IMG/VR virus record: IMGVR_UViG_3300008740_000712 | Coordinates: 32,001 to 96,000 of that record | Length of the DNA: 64,000 nt | From: a virus | Strand: one strand, 5' to 3' | Shown here: positions 1 to 8,540 of the stretch, one piece after another | How positions within the stretch are numbered: position 1 is the stretch's first letter | Layout of the letters: each line of letters begins with the position of its first letter | Program-made: the position numbers and the translations under genes | Notes under the pieces: generated by a model | The model's database searches: none | What the model was told of the DNA's origin: nothing | What the model saw: the letters and a program-made list of their open reading frames with translations, nothing else

Positions 1-810
1 TCCGTCAGAATGAAGAGCAAATGGGTGTCGGACAAACTCAATTTTATCAATAGCAAATTCACTCGCAGTGGCGCTGGCATGGGTTAGTCCGACAAAACGT
101 ACATAAAGAGTTTTGCCAGCATATCCAGATAAATCCACTTCTGCTCTCTTCCAATCTTCATCCTTGGCATCATGCTCGTCGGAAAGTGCCGATACTGAAC
201 TCGGTGAACCGTCGGCATCTTTGGTCATTGTGGCCTGGGTCCAAGAGGACGCGTCACCACTTAGATACACCCTTAGTGCGTTAGCATTCATTGTGTTATA
301 CTGAGTATATCCGTAATAGTAGAAAGACAACCTTCCAACGGCATCGAAACGACTAAAGCTCCTTTGCATAACGTAATATTTGTCATACCTGGGCCCAGCA
401 GTTTCTGTGAATGCAAAATTGTTTCCAGAGTGAGCACTTTCTGGTCCTTTAGAATTTGATGTTATTGTCGTTTGTATACACCATTCAAATCCATTATCTA
501 CATTACTGCCATCCTTATTTCCTGTTCCGTTTGTCCATGTGCCGTCTGTAGCAGGGTTGCCAGGTGTCGAAGATACTGACAACCCCTCGAAGTCTTCTTT
601 AAAAATTGTTGCAGATGCATTGTACGAGCTTGGGGGTGTCGTTACCGTGATTCGGTCAGTCGCACGAATGCTCCCGGAAACATCAAGGGTGCCAGAAACC
701 TGAATTAAGTCATCAGAAGAGTTGCCGAGGGTTACTTTTCCATCTTCAGTGAATCTAAACCCCCAGCTGCCAGACCCTTCCTGTCTGTAACCAATTGCCT
801 TCTTTGCCAT
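1..810 (-). CDS. Fibre/adhesin-like virion protein with C-terminal MAM-like (jelly-roll) domain; probably runs off the window edge
   Basis: Not in the ORF track, so I translated it by hand. ATG at 810 overlaps the upstream stop (TAATG) and the frame is open to at least position 61. It reads MAKKAIGYRQEGSGSWGFRFTEDGKVTLGNSSDDLIQVSGTLDVSGSI...WKRAEVDLSGYAGKTLYVRFVGLTHASATASEFAIDK. The W..a.vdLs.yag....vrF...aiD pattern is typical of MAM/cleaved-adhesin domains. The 3' end is uncertain because one block of the first printed line appears to have only 9 bases. Confidence 0.7.
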   Translation of the reverse strand, partial: MAKKAIGYRQEGSGSWGFRFTEDGKVTLGNSSDDLIQVSGTLDVSGSIRATDRITVTTPPSSYNASATIFKEDFEGLSVSSTPGNPATDGTWTNGTGNKDGSNVDNGFEWCIQTTITSNSKGPESAHSGNNFAFTETAGPRYDKYYVMQRSFSRFDAVGRLSFYYYGYTQYNTMNANALRVYLSGDASSWTQATMTKDADGSPSSVSALSDEHDAKDEDWKRAEVDLSGYAGKTLYVRFVGLTHASATASEFAIDKIEFVRHPFALHSDG

Positions 811-1214
811 TAGTCATTGATTCCCGAACCAGTCATATTAAGGACATCGGGGATAAGGGTCAATTCAGCCGCCAGTTGATAAGTTGTTGCAGAGGCAGAT
901 GATAGATATACTCTTGAGCATCGAACATCTAATTTGAGACGGCTGAGTGGATTGTTTGCACTTGCTCCGGCCGGTGGTATATCTATGAAATGCTTATTTG
1001 TTAAAACATTCCCGTTGGTGTCCGTGTCGAAGTGGACTCGCAAAGTATTGGAGGCGTGTGTGTTGCAAATTGTGACTGCCTTGGTTACGAAGGGAAACTC
1101 GATCTTGACCTCGTTCCCTGCTCCAATGCTTCCTCCAGCCAAGTATGGTCTGCCAGAAATCTGGTATGCACCTGCTTGCATAGGGCCTGGTTTGTAACTA
1201 TATGAGTTTGACAT
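810..1214 (-). CDS. Hypothetical protein, beta-rich, probably virion-associated
   Basis: 134-aa ORF with upstream GGAGAG SD, coupled to the next gene; no family recognised. Confidence 0.75.
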   Translation of the reverse strand: MSNSYSYKPGPMQAGAYQISGRPYLAGGSIGAGNEVKIEFPFVTKAVTICNTHASNTLRVHFDTDTNGNVLTNKHFIDIPPAGASANNPLSRLKLDVRCSRVYLSSASATTYQLAAELTLIPDVLNMTGSGIND

Positions 1215-1231
1215 AACTTTTCTCTCCGTCT

Positions 1232-1444
1232 TTAATTAGTTTTGTTCTTCTTCTTTTCATTCTTTTCATGCTCTCTTTTGAGTCTTTTTTTCATTTCCCG
1301 GTTTTTGTCCGAGGGTTTTTCATAATACCGTCGGTTTCTTATTTGTTCAATAATCTTGAATTTCTTAACCTTCTTGCAGAATCTTTTTATAAATCTTTCT
1401 GCTGATTCGCCGGGCTTTGGTTTCATTTTAATATTTGTTGTCAT
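1232..1444 (-). CDS. rpsU: Phage-encoded 30S ribosomal protein bS21
   Basis: 70 aa from the ATG at 1444 (ATGA overlap with the upstream stop). GESAERFIKRFCKKVKKFKIIEQIRNRRYYEKPSDKNR matches the bS21 pattern (E..e.alrRFkk.......l.e.r.r..yeKPS). Confidence 0.9.
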   Translation of the reverse strand: MTTNIKMKPKPGESAERFIKRFCKKVKKFKIIEQIRNRRYYEKPSDKNREMKKRLKREHEKNEKKKNKTN

Positions 1445-1824
1445 GATCCTGCCAATCTTTTCCAATTTGGATTGTAAATTTTCGATATATCAACTCCAGG
1501 ATCTCTGGGATCTTTGCCACCGAGGGGGTTCGAGGCTTGCGATCCAGCAGATGCTTGCGGTGGTGCAGGAGTGGTTCCTTCGAAAATGTTTGTTCCCCCG
1601 ATGCGCTTGGTCTTCATGGCTTCAATGACTTTATTCGTCTTTTTCTTGATCTCTTCATAGGAAGGTTTCTCGACACTCTCCTTAACAACGACCTGTTGTG
1701 ATGGTTGGATTCCTTCTGTAATTTGCTGCACGACAGACTTCAGGAGTCCCTCCTCCAGCAACATCTCAGTGATGCATTCTTTTATAATAGGTTCTAAAAC
1801 TTTCTTCAAATCAGATTTCTTCAT
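1441..1824 (-). CDS. Hypothetical head-module protein (N-terminal KxxLKxxIxE helix)
   Basis: 127-aa ORF, MKKSDLKKVLEPIIKECITEMLLEEG..., overlapping both neighbours. Confidence 0.8.
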   Translation of the reverse strand: MKKSDLKKVLEPIIKECITEMLLEEGLLKSVVQQITEGIQPSQQVVVKESVEKPSYEEIKKKTNKVIEAMKTKRIGGTNIFEGTTPAPPQASAGSQASNPLGGKDPRDPGVDISKIYNPNWKRLAGS

Positions 1825-2083
1825 TACCTGCTCCGTTATCTGCCAATGCTTTTACCTTTGTGGCCAAGATTTCCATCTTGTCGGGGTTGCCGAGGATGCT
1901 CAAGACCTTTTCGTATTCGCCTTGTTTGACACCTTCTGCGAGTTCACCCAACATACCGATGACATTTGTCTTTAGTTGTTCGGGAGAAACATTGTATAAT
2001 CCTGGAACATTGATCATGTCTTGCTCTAAGAAAGAAATCTCTTCCATGATAATTTCCTTCAATTTGCCTTTAGTTATTTTCAT
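1811..2083 (-). CDS. Hypothetical head-module protein (MKITKGKLKEIIMEEI)
   Basis: GGAGG at 2095-2091 is 7 nt from the ATG at 2083, so 2083 is preferred over the track start at 2089. Confidence 0.8.
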   Translation of the reverse strand: MKITKGKLKEIIMEEISFLEQDMINVPGLYNVSPEQLKTNVIGMLGELAEGVKQGEYEKVLSILGNPDKMEILATKVKALADNGAGNEEI

Positions 2084-2705
2084 TATCATTCCTCCATATA
2101 ATGTCGTTTAAAATTCTGTTTATTTTATCTGCTTTCGTGAAGATGTTCGGCTCTCCACTTACAATTTTGCTCTCTCGCAGTCCCATGAAGGCACCGGTTG
2201 TGGATGGTTCAGAAACAAAGTCAAAGCAAATAAGTTGGAAGTCGTCCTGCACCATAGTAGATCCTCCCTCAGACTCCGTGACCGAACCAAGACCTCTTGA
2301 AGAAATTCCTAACTTGACGTTTGACTGAACAAGTGATTTCAAGATCTGACCGGATGGGGTATTGAGGATCTCTACCTTTCCCTTCACATCGTTGCCATCC
2401 CACCAAATGTCAGTGACGATGTGGGAAGCATTCTTTAAATTAATGACTGAATCATCTGGGTGATCGAGTTCACCGACTGCTCTTCTTTCTCTGACGAGTT
2501 TGCTGTATGTCTCTACTTCTCTTTCCAGTATTGGTCTGGGGTAGACTCTGCCGTTGCCATTCTTGGCATTTGCTCTTTGCATTACTCCAGAAAGAATTAG
2601 GGCATTGTTCTCCTTAATTCTTCTTTTCTCATCTTCGGTAAGCAGGTCTTCGCAGATTCCCCCCTCACATAACTCAAAAAATTCTCTTAGCAAATACTTC
2701 GACAT
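2070..2705 (-). CDS. Prohead core protein protease (T4 gp21-like)
   Basis: Motifs NGNGRVYP, GELDHP, SHIV, LGISSRGLGS and FDFVSEPST are characteristic of the gp21 serine protease family. Confidence 0.95.
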   Translation of the reverse strand: MSKYLLREFFELCEGGICEDLLTEDEKRRIKENNALILSGVMQRANAKNGNGRVYPRPILEREVETYSKLVRERRAVGELDHPDDSVINLKNASHIVTDIWWDGNDVKGKVEILNTPSGQILKSLVQSNVKLGISSRGLGSVTESEGGSTMVQDDFQLICFDFVSEPSTTGAFMGLRESKIVSGEPNIFTKADKINRILNDIIWRNDNENN

Positions 2706-2732
2706 CTCTTTTCCTCTCTGTCAGTTTGTTCC

Positions 2733-2749
2733 AACGGGCATTACCCGTT
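2733..2749 (-). other. Stem-loop AACGGG-TAATG-CCCGTT upstream of the protease gene
   Basis: Perfect 6-bp inverted repeat in an intergenic gap, 4 nt after the micro-ORF TGA. It has no U-tract, so it is not a classical intrinsic terminator. Confidence 0.5.
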
Positions 2750-2753
2750 CGAG

Positions 2754-2804
2754 TCAGCATCCTTTACGGCATCTTCTCACTGGTTGTAGCATCCATTTTT
2801 TCAT
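2754..2804 (-). CDS. Candidate 16-aa micro-ORF MKKWMLQPVRRCRKGC
   Basis: GGAGG SD at 2817-2813, 8 nt upstream of the ATG at 2804; ends in TGA at 2756-2754. Overlaps the 3' end of the 2764..3081 gene in another frame. Confidence 0.45.
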   Translation of the reverse strand: MKKWMLQPVRRCRKGC

Positions 2805-3081
2805 GCCTAATACCTCCATCACCCACAATTTGGATAAGAAAGTAACTTACCCCAGATGATACGCAACCCAAAAGGAGTGGCGTAGTTGGACCTCTATCAA
2901 ACATAAATAGTGAAGTGTGGGGTGAAAATGCCCACAAAAGCACCCCAACCCAGAATCCAATACACATCGGACAACGAAAAAAATGGTACTTCGGCCTTAG
3001 TTTATCGAAAAGTGAACCATAAACTAAAATATTGGTCATCCCGTAAGAACAAAGGATGAAATAAATCATCTCCTCAAACAC
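2764..3081 (-). CDS. DUF1360-like small membrane protein
   Basis: Hydrophobic helices with CPMCIGFWVG, resembling the CPxCxxxW motif of DUF1360. Confidence 0.65.
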   Translation of the reverse strand: MFEEMIYFILCSYGMTNILVYGSLFDKLRPKYHFFRCPMCIGFWVGVLLWAFSPHTSLFMFDRGPTTPLLLGCVSSGVSYFLIQIVGDGGIRHEKMDATTSEKMP

Positions 3082-3623
3082 TATCTATAACCTGGTGTAT
3101 ACCTTCCGTGTGTATCTCTGGTGATGCTTCCCTTCTTCGTGCTGTGGGGGACTTCACCCAACTCTGTTGAGTCTTCCTCTTCCGGATTGAGCAACCTATC
3201 CTGCTCTTGTTGTCGGTAAGCTTTGTCGTATGCGAAATATGGACGTTCCTCTTCCATAAATTTAGATATTGTAAGGAGAACCAAATTATCAGCATCTGCT
3301 GTTTTGGATTCGGGAAACTTTCCCTCAATGGCCCCATAGACGTTGCCACCCTGTACTGTTTCAGGGAGTATCATCCCCTTCTTAACAAGAAAATCAAACA
3401 TTCTATTTTGTGCGCCATAAACGATGTCACTCATCATTTCCTTCGGAAATGCAACAATCTTCTTTTTTTCGGGCATATAAACTATATCTATATCAATGTG
3501 GTCAAAGATCATGACATCTCCGCCCATAGACTTTCTCGCATTCAGTTTTATACTAATGTCCTCGACAACAGGGTCTGATTGTCCCTTGTTGTCAGGAAGA
3601 TCCATTTTAATTTCTATCGTCAT
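3081..3623 (-). CDS. Conserved-looking phage hypothetical protein
   Basis: 180-aa ORF coupled to both neighbours; no function recognised. Confidence 0.8.
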   Translation of the reverse strand: MTIEIKMDLPDNKGQSDPVVEDISIKLNARKSMGGDVMIFDHIDIDIVYMPEKKKIVAFPKEMMSDIVYGAQNRMFDFLVKKGMILPETVQGGNVYGAIEGKFPESKTADADNLVLLTISKFMEEERPYFAYDKAYRQQEQDRLLNPEEEDSTELGEVPHSTKKGSITRDTHGRYTPGYR

Positions 3624-4452
3624 GATTCTCTATTTCCCTTACCAAATCCTGAAATTTTAAAACGTCCTTCAGCATTTCTTCGTTTATTGGTTTTTCTCCA
3701 TGTGATTCCAAGATCGACAAAACCTTGCCGGCAGCTGTCTTCATTTGAGAATCGCACAAGGCATTGTCGGACATCAATCCTTCAATCTTTCTTTTGATCG
3801 TCCCGACCTCTTCATTCAAATATGTCTTCAACTCTAATCCATTGTCAGAAAAAGAAGAGATATACTTCATCAAGAGTGTTTTCTGATTCTCGGACAAAAC
3901 TCCGGAATACTTTTCATTGAATTTTTCCAAAAACTTATTCATAACCAGTTCGTCAATTTGCTCCAACCTCTTCTCCCCTCTCTTGTCTTCGCAAATCATC
4001 TCTTCTATGACTATATTCTCCAACAGAACTCGATCTCGAATGGATGCGTCTGAACTAAACATTTGAGAAATTGTAGCAAGAGACTTAAAGGAGGGGACAA
4101 AAGTGCTAAAAACTCCTGTGTCAAGGTTTTTGTTTATCATTTTTATCAGAGCTGTTTGTTCTGAAAACAGTTTTGTTTTGTCCAGATTGTCATGTCTTCG
4201 TTTTGCCTCTAATATGATCTTTTCTGCAACGGACTTTTCTATCCCCCTGCACTCCAATATAGATCGATAAATTTCGTGCTCTTTAGCAATTTCGGTATCT
4301 TGAAAAAATTCCTTAATAATTTTCATTGCTCTTTGTTTTTTATCGGCATCCTTGTTAATTATCGATTCAGTTATAGTTAATGTAATTGCTTCATAGATGA
4401 AAGCTACATTTCTCTTTTTATTGTGCTTATTCCTCATCATCGTTGTCTCCAA
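3607..4452 (-). CDS. Helical head-module hypothetical protein (KHNKKRN motif), possibly a core/scaffold component
   Basis: 281-aa all-helical ORF directly downstream of the portal gene; function inferred from position only. Confidence 0.75.
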   Translation of the reverse strand: METTMMRNKHNKKRNVAFIYEAITLTITESIINKDADKKQRAMKIIKEFFQDTEIAKEHEIYRSILECRGIEKSVAEKIILEAKRRHDNLDKTKLFSEQTALIKMINKNLDTGVFSTFVPSFKSLATISQMFSSDASIRDRVLLENIVIEEMICEDKRGEKRLEQIDELVMNKFLEKFNEKYSGVLSENQKTLLMKYISSFSDNGLELKTYLNEEVGTIKRKIEGLMSDNALCDSQMKTAAGKVLSILESHGEKPINEEMLKDVLKFQDLVREIENHDDRN

Positions 4453-6364
4453 TCTTTTGTTTCTCCAAACCTTCTACAATTTGTTTTATTTGATTCCTGG
4501 AATTGAAGAGAATTTTCTCTTCGTCTTCTTGGTAATTAGTTGTTTCGTTCTCATAAATTCCATTATCAATCCCTGTATATAACGTAGAGATGTCTGTCAA
4601 TCCTGGTAAAATGTTTCTCTTTGTGGAACTGGCAGTCTCTCTGCTGAATTTGGACTTCATGCTTTTTTGTCTGGCAGCATTTCTTTTCCCTATCTCACCC
4701 TTCTTGACACGGGTTTTTCCCTTCCATCCTTTTTTCGTATACTCTTGCCCCACTTTCACCTCTTCATCTTCCTCAAGTTCATCGGGGGCAGCAAGTAGAG
4801 TCTCCTCTTCTTCCGGCTCTTCTTCGGTATCACCCATGTCTCCTTCGAGATCGTCTCCGAGATCACCGCCCAGATCGTCACCGCCCATGCCACCTCCTAA
4901 GTCGTCACCACCCTCTTCGGGAGGTTCTTCGGCCGCGGTCAGGGCAGCAATAAGTTTCTTATCATAAAACATCTCTCTTTGCATACGGATAATTTCCTCG
5001 TCAGTTAATCCGAACAAGTGAGTGGCAATCCATCGATGACTAAAGAACCCCTCTGTTGCGGCCGAGGCAACGTCAAACTTTGTTCTCCAGTGTTCTAATT
5101 CCTGCAACTCAGCAATCTTAGATGGATTGTTGAGAGAAAGTTTAAAGGATACCAAATCATCGCCCCTGAAACCGAGAGTGTAAAGGTGAACAATGCCAAT
5201 CTTCTCAATCTCAGATAAGACACTTCTCTGCAATCTCTGTATGGTTCTGGCAAAACGAACATCCTTTTGTGCGAGGGTCGTCTTTTCTTCGTCGCCACCC
5301 TCTCCGCGGGAGAGGTATGACTGAGGGATCTTGAGAGCGGAGAATAATTTGTCTCTCAAGTATTTTACATCGTCTATGTCTCCTGTAAATGTTCCTCCTG
5401 GTAGATTCTCTATTCGGGAAGAGGCATCTCCTCTGACTGGCAAAAAGTAATCTTCCTCTACAGATAGGGGGTTGTATCTAAGATCAACCCTTCCTGTATT
5501 GACATCAACTACTTGATTTCTCTTCATAGAAGTCATTACTTTTTGCATATATTGTTCAACATCTTGGGGGGAGATGTTGCCAACATCAATGTAAAATACT
5601 CGTCGTTCCGGGGAACGAACGATTCGGTAAGCCATCATAGCATCTTCCAGTAAGGTAAGTTGCCTCCAGATCCTTCTTGCCGGCTCTAAAATAGAAGAAC
5701 CGTAGGGAACATATTTGTCATTTCCGAGGACGCGGAAGTGGGCAACTTGCCAGTTCTCGAAGGTGATACCACCTGAGTTCCACTGGAATTGTATATAATT
5801 CGGGTTTGTTGGATCTTCTCCCTCTAGTCTCTCCACTTCTTGTGGTGGCAGTCCAACCACGTTAGTGACCCCCAGAGTTTCGTCGATATCCATATAGAGA
5901 AAATAGTCTCCATATTTACACATCGAACGGCACCAACCGTATAAATTAAATTCTATGTTTAAAACATTGTGATAAAGATTCTGAAGGATTGTTCTGATCT
6001 CTTCGTTTTTGCAATTTATTTTGAGCATCTCTTGTAGAACTGTTGATGTCGTCATCTCGTCGGCATAAATATCCATTGCCGAGGCAATCTCAGGAACATA
6101 CTCCATTTGATCAAAGTCCGTATACCTCTCTGATCTATTTCTATTCATCATGTTTTCTGAATAGAACCTATCCATCGGGTTGTATGTCGTCTTTTGGAAG
6201 TTTAGTCCCTGTGCTGATTTAAATTTATACTTGTCTAAATCTCTGCGGCGTTGACGCCGGTACATCTGGACTCTCCTGTTTTGGAGTGGTCCTGAAAGTA
6301 ATCTCGTTAGGCTCCTAAAAAGTGGTGATTGATTGTTTCTTGGATTCTTTGTTTGATCTGCCAT
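4427..6364 (-). CDS. Portal vertex protein (T4 gp20-like)
   Basis: Motifs LLEDAMMAYRIVRSPERRVFYIDVGN, LSVEEDYFLPVR and IDDVKYLRDKLFSALKIP; acidic Gly/Asp/Glu C-terminal extension. Confidence 0.95.
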   Translation of the reverse strand: MADQTKNPRNNQSPLFRSLTRLLSGPLQNRRVQMYRRQRRRDLDKYKFKSAQGLNFQKTTYNPMDRFYSENMMNRNRSERYTDFDQMEYVPEIASAMDIYADEMTTSTVLQEMLKINCKNEEIRTILQNLYHNVLNIEFNLYGWCRSMCKYGDYFLYMDIDETLGVTNVVGLPPQEVERLEGEDPTNPNYIQFQWNSGGITFENWQVAHFRVLGNDKYVPYGSSILEPARRIWRQLTLLEDAMMAYRIVRSPERRVFYIDVGNISPQDVEQYMQKVMTSMKRNQVVDVNTGRVDLRYNPLSVEEDYFLPVRGDASSRIENLPGGTFTGDIDDVKYLRDKLFSALKIPQSYLSRGEGGDEEKTTLAQKDVRFARTIQRLQRSVLSEIEKIGIVHLYTLGFRGDDLVSFKLSLNNPSKIAELQELEHWRTKFDVASAATEGFFSHRWIATHLFGLTDEEIIRMQREMFYDKKLIAALTAAEEPPEEGGDDLGGGMGGDDLGGDLGDDLEGDMGDTEEEPEEEETLLAAPDELEEDEEVKVGQEYTKKGWKGKTRVKKGEIGKRNAARQKSMKSKFSRETASSTKRNILPGLTDISTLYTGIDNGIYENETTNYQEDEEKILFNSRNQIKQIVEGLEKQKIGDNDDEE

Positions 6365-6367
6365 TTA

Positions 6368-7963
6368 TTATCCCTTATATAACCATGAGTACTCTGATCT
6401 CTCTCTCAGAGCCCTCTCTCTTTCGGTTCCCCTGTCGTGGTCTAGTGTTCTAGTATACCCTGTTTGGCCAGGAATTTTAGTACTTATTTTAGTATTTGTC
6501 ACAACCATTGCATCAAGACAAGCCTTGTTATATTCCTCCGCACGTTTGTTCGCAATCAGGGCAGTATCTCTGACCCAACAGGCAATTGCAAGAGACATAA
6601 CGAGGTCGTCGTTGTATCCCCTCATTGCTTGGGGTTTACCATGAACCCAAACAAAAGTTCGGATTTCATCCAATACCCGATTGGAATATAGGATAAGTAG
6701 TTTGTTTCTGACGAATTCTTCCAATTTTGCAATAATCAGAGGTCTGGTTTTCATGGACGTGGTGAAGCCAGGGACAACATTTGTTCTATTTTCTGCCCCA
6801 ACGGGGTCTACCGATTCGTGTGTAGTTTTGTGGGAATAATATAAATTTGGGTAATTCTTTTCTATTAATTTTTCCAAAATATTGAAACCAATATTGTTAT
6901 TTTCAACAACTAGCAAACATTGACCATATTCGTTTGCCGTGGACGCAAGGAGATTTGCAAACATCTCTGAATTTGGTTTTCCCTTGTACTCTGCAACGAC
7001 CTCCATCGTTTCCAACTTTATGACGTGAAACACCGAATAGTCTTTTCCATCTCCCCTTGCAACGTCGGCAACGAGAAGATACTTATTCTCCTGTTTATAC
7101 TCTTCCCAAATCCATAGGTTGCGATCAAATGCTGTCCTGTGCTTTGGTTCAATAACGGCACCCATGATTCTTTCAATATCATCGGGATGAATAACTGTCT
7201 CCCCCGATGCGAGGAACGAACATTCCAGTTCTTGTGCTATTTCTCTGCGTGACATGTTTCTTGTTTCTTTTTCGAACCATGCTCGATCCCTATCGGGGTG
7301 GGTATCCCAGTTGAGAGTTGTGTGATGGAAATCGTTGACTTGGTTTTCTGAATCTATGAATGTCTTGTGAAACCAATTTCCCACACCGTTTGGTGTAGAG
7401 AGAGCAATGCACCTACCACCAGTTGATAAGGTTGGATACAGACCGGTCCAGAGATCGTCAAGTCCCTCAACGAAAGCAGCTTCATCGACGACGAGCAGGG
7501 ATAGTGCTTCCGAACGGCCTGCATCACCGGAAGTGGAAGTTGCTTTAATTTGGGAACCATTCGATAATTCAAAGGAGGTTCTGTTATCCACAGAGATGGT
7601 CGAAGTCAACAACCATGTGGGCAGATTCTTAATAATCTGCTTTACTTTTTTAACGAGATTTGTGGCAGTTCCGAGTTTGGTTGCAATTACCAAAACATTC
7701 TTATCTTTGTGAAACATCATCAACCACGCAACATATGCAGCAGTGACGGTCGATATGCCCAACTGCCTTGCCTTCAGGATGACATTAAATCGATAATCAT
7801 TAAAGTCTTTTAGGAGTTGGGTTTGAAAATCATATGTTTTGAACGGTATTTGCCCACGCATTGGATGGGTGATACGAGCATAGGTGTTTGTGAAATAGAC
7901 TGGATCTTTGCCAGATTGGAGAATCTCGCTAACAATCTCTTTTTTTGTTAGCTGATAGCTCAT
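6368..7963 (-). CDS. terL: Terminase large subunit (T4 gp17-like)
   Basis: Walker A region ILKARQLGIST, Walker B LLVVDEAAF, motif ALSTPNG, nuclease motifs ADVARGDGKDYS and NDDLVMSLAIA. Confidence 0.96.
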   Translation of the reverse strand: MSYQLTKKEIVSEILQSGKDPVYFTNTYARITHPMRGQIPFKTYDFQTQLLKDFNDYRFNVILKARQLGISTVTAAYVAWLMMFHKDKNVLVIATKLGTATNLVKKVKQIIKNLPTWLLTSTISVDNRTSFELSNGSQIKATSTSGDAGRSEALSLLVVDEAAFVEGLDDLWTGLYPTLSTGGRCIALSTPNGVGNWFHKTFIDSENQVNDFHHTTLNWDTHPDRDRAWFEKETRNMSRREIAQELECSFLASGETVIHPDDIERIMGAVIEPKHRTAFDRNLWIWEEYKQENKYLLVADVARGDGKDYSVFHVIKLETMEVVAEYKGKPNSEMFANLLASTANEYGQCLLVVENNNIGFNILEKLIEKNYPNLYYSHKTTHESVDPVGAENRTNVVPGFTTSMKTRPLIIAKLEEFVRNKLLILYSNRVLDEIRTFVWVHGKPQAMRGYNDDLVMSLAIACWVRDTALIANKRAEEYNKACLDAMVVTNTKISTKIPGQTGYTRTLDHDRGTERERALRERSEYSWLYKG

Positions 7964-7969
7964 GGATTG

Positions 7970-8158
7970 TTACTTGTCCCTTCTTCCTTTTCGGACATCG
8001 AGAACATGTTGTCTCAAATCCTTTAATAATTTTGACGCGTCCATTGCCTTTTTTCGCAACCTAGTTCCCGGTGCATCCATGCCTCGGTCAAACTTTTCAC
8101 TGTCGGCAACTGCGACGGTCAATAAATCTAAAATCTCTCTCAACTTCTCTGTTGTCAT
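7970..8158 (-). CDS. Histone H1-like Hc1-family nucleoid protein
   Basis: DSEKFDRGMDAPGTRLRKKAMDASKLLKDLRQHV matches the Hc1 core pattern (daeKf..Gn.aAgtR.Rk.......l...lR..v). Confidence 0.7.
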   Translation of the reverse strand: MTTEKLREILDLLTVAVADSEKFDRGMDAPGTRLRKKAMDASKLLKDLRQHVLDVRKGRRDK

Positions 8159-8160
8159 CT

Positions 8161-8535
8161 CTAATCATTCTCCATTCGTTCGATCCACTTTTCCTCTCTG
8201 CCTTCAACATGTTGTACATAACATTTGAAGCAGCACCTAAACTTGTTCATGTAAAGGTCGTCTTTTGCACTAAAAGAATATTCCTCACAGGAAGGACAAG
8301 TCCTCTCTTCTCTCCTAGTAAGTAGTTTTTTCGAGATTAAAACACCCTCATGTTCCACTAGGTCGTCCTTAGAACGATTTTCCCTCTCTAACTTAGCAAT
8401 TTTCTTGAGTTGTTCAATGTATTCTTTTTCTTTTTTTTCGTCCCAATTGCTTCTGGGGTTCTGAACTGTTTCGTCTCCATACTTTTCCGCGATTGCCATT
8501 TCGTATTGGCCTAGGTTTGTGCCGTCGTTTTTCAC
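8161..8535 (-). CDS. Hypothetical protein with a CxxC...CCxxC zinc-binding motif
   Basis: Likely GTG start at 8535, after a GAGG SD and just past the upstream stop. Motifs CPSC...CCFKCYVQHVEGREEKW. Confidence 0.75.
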   Translation of the reverse strand: MKNDGTNLGQYEMAIAEKYGDETVQNPRSNWDEKKEKEYIEQLKKIAKLERENRSKDDLVEHEGVLISKKLLTRREERTCPSCEEYSFSAKDDLYMNKFRCCFKCYVQHVEGREEKWIERMEND

Positions 8536-8540
8536 TTCTC

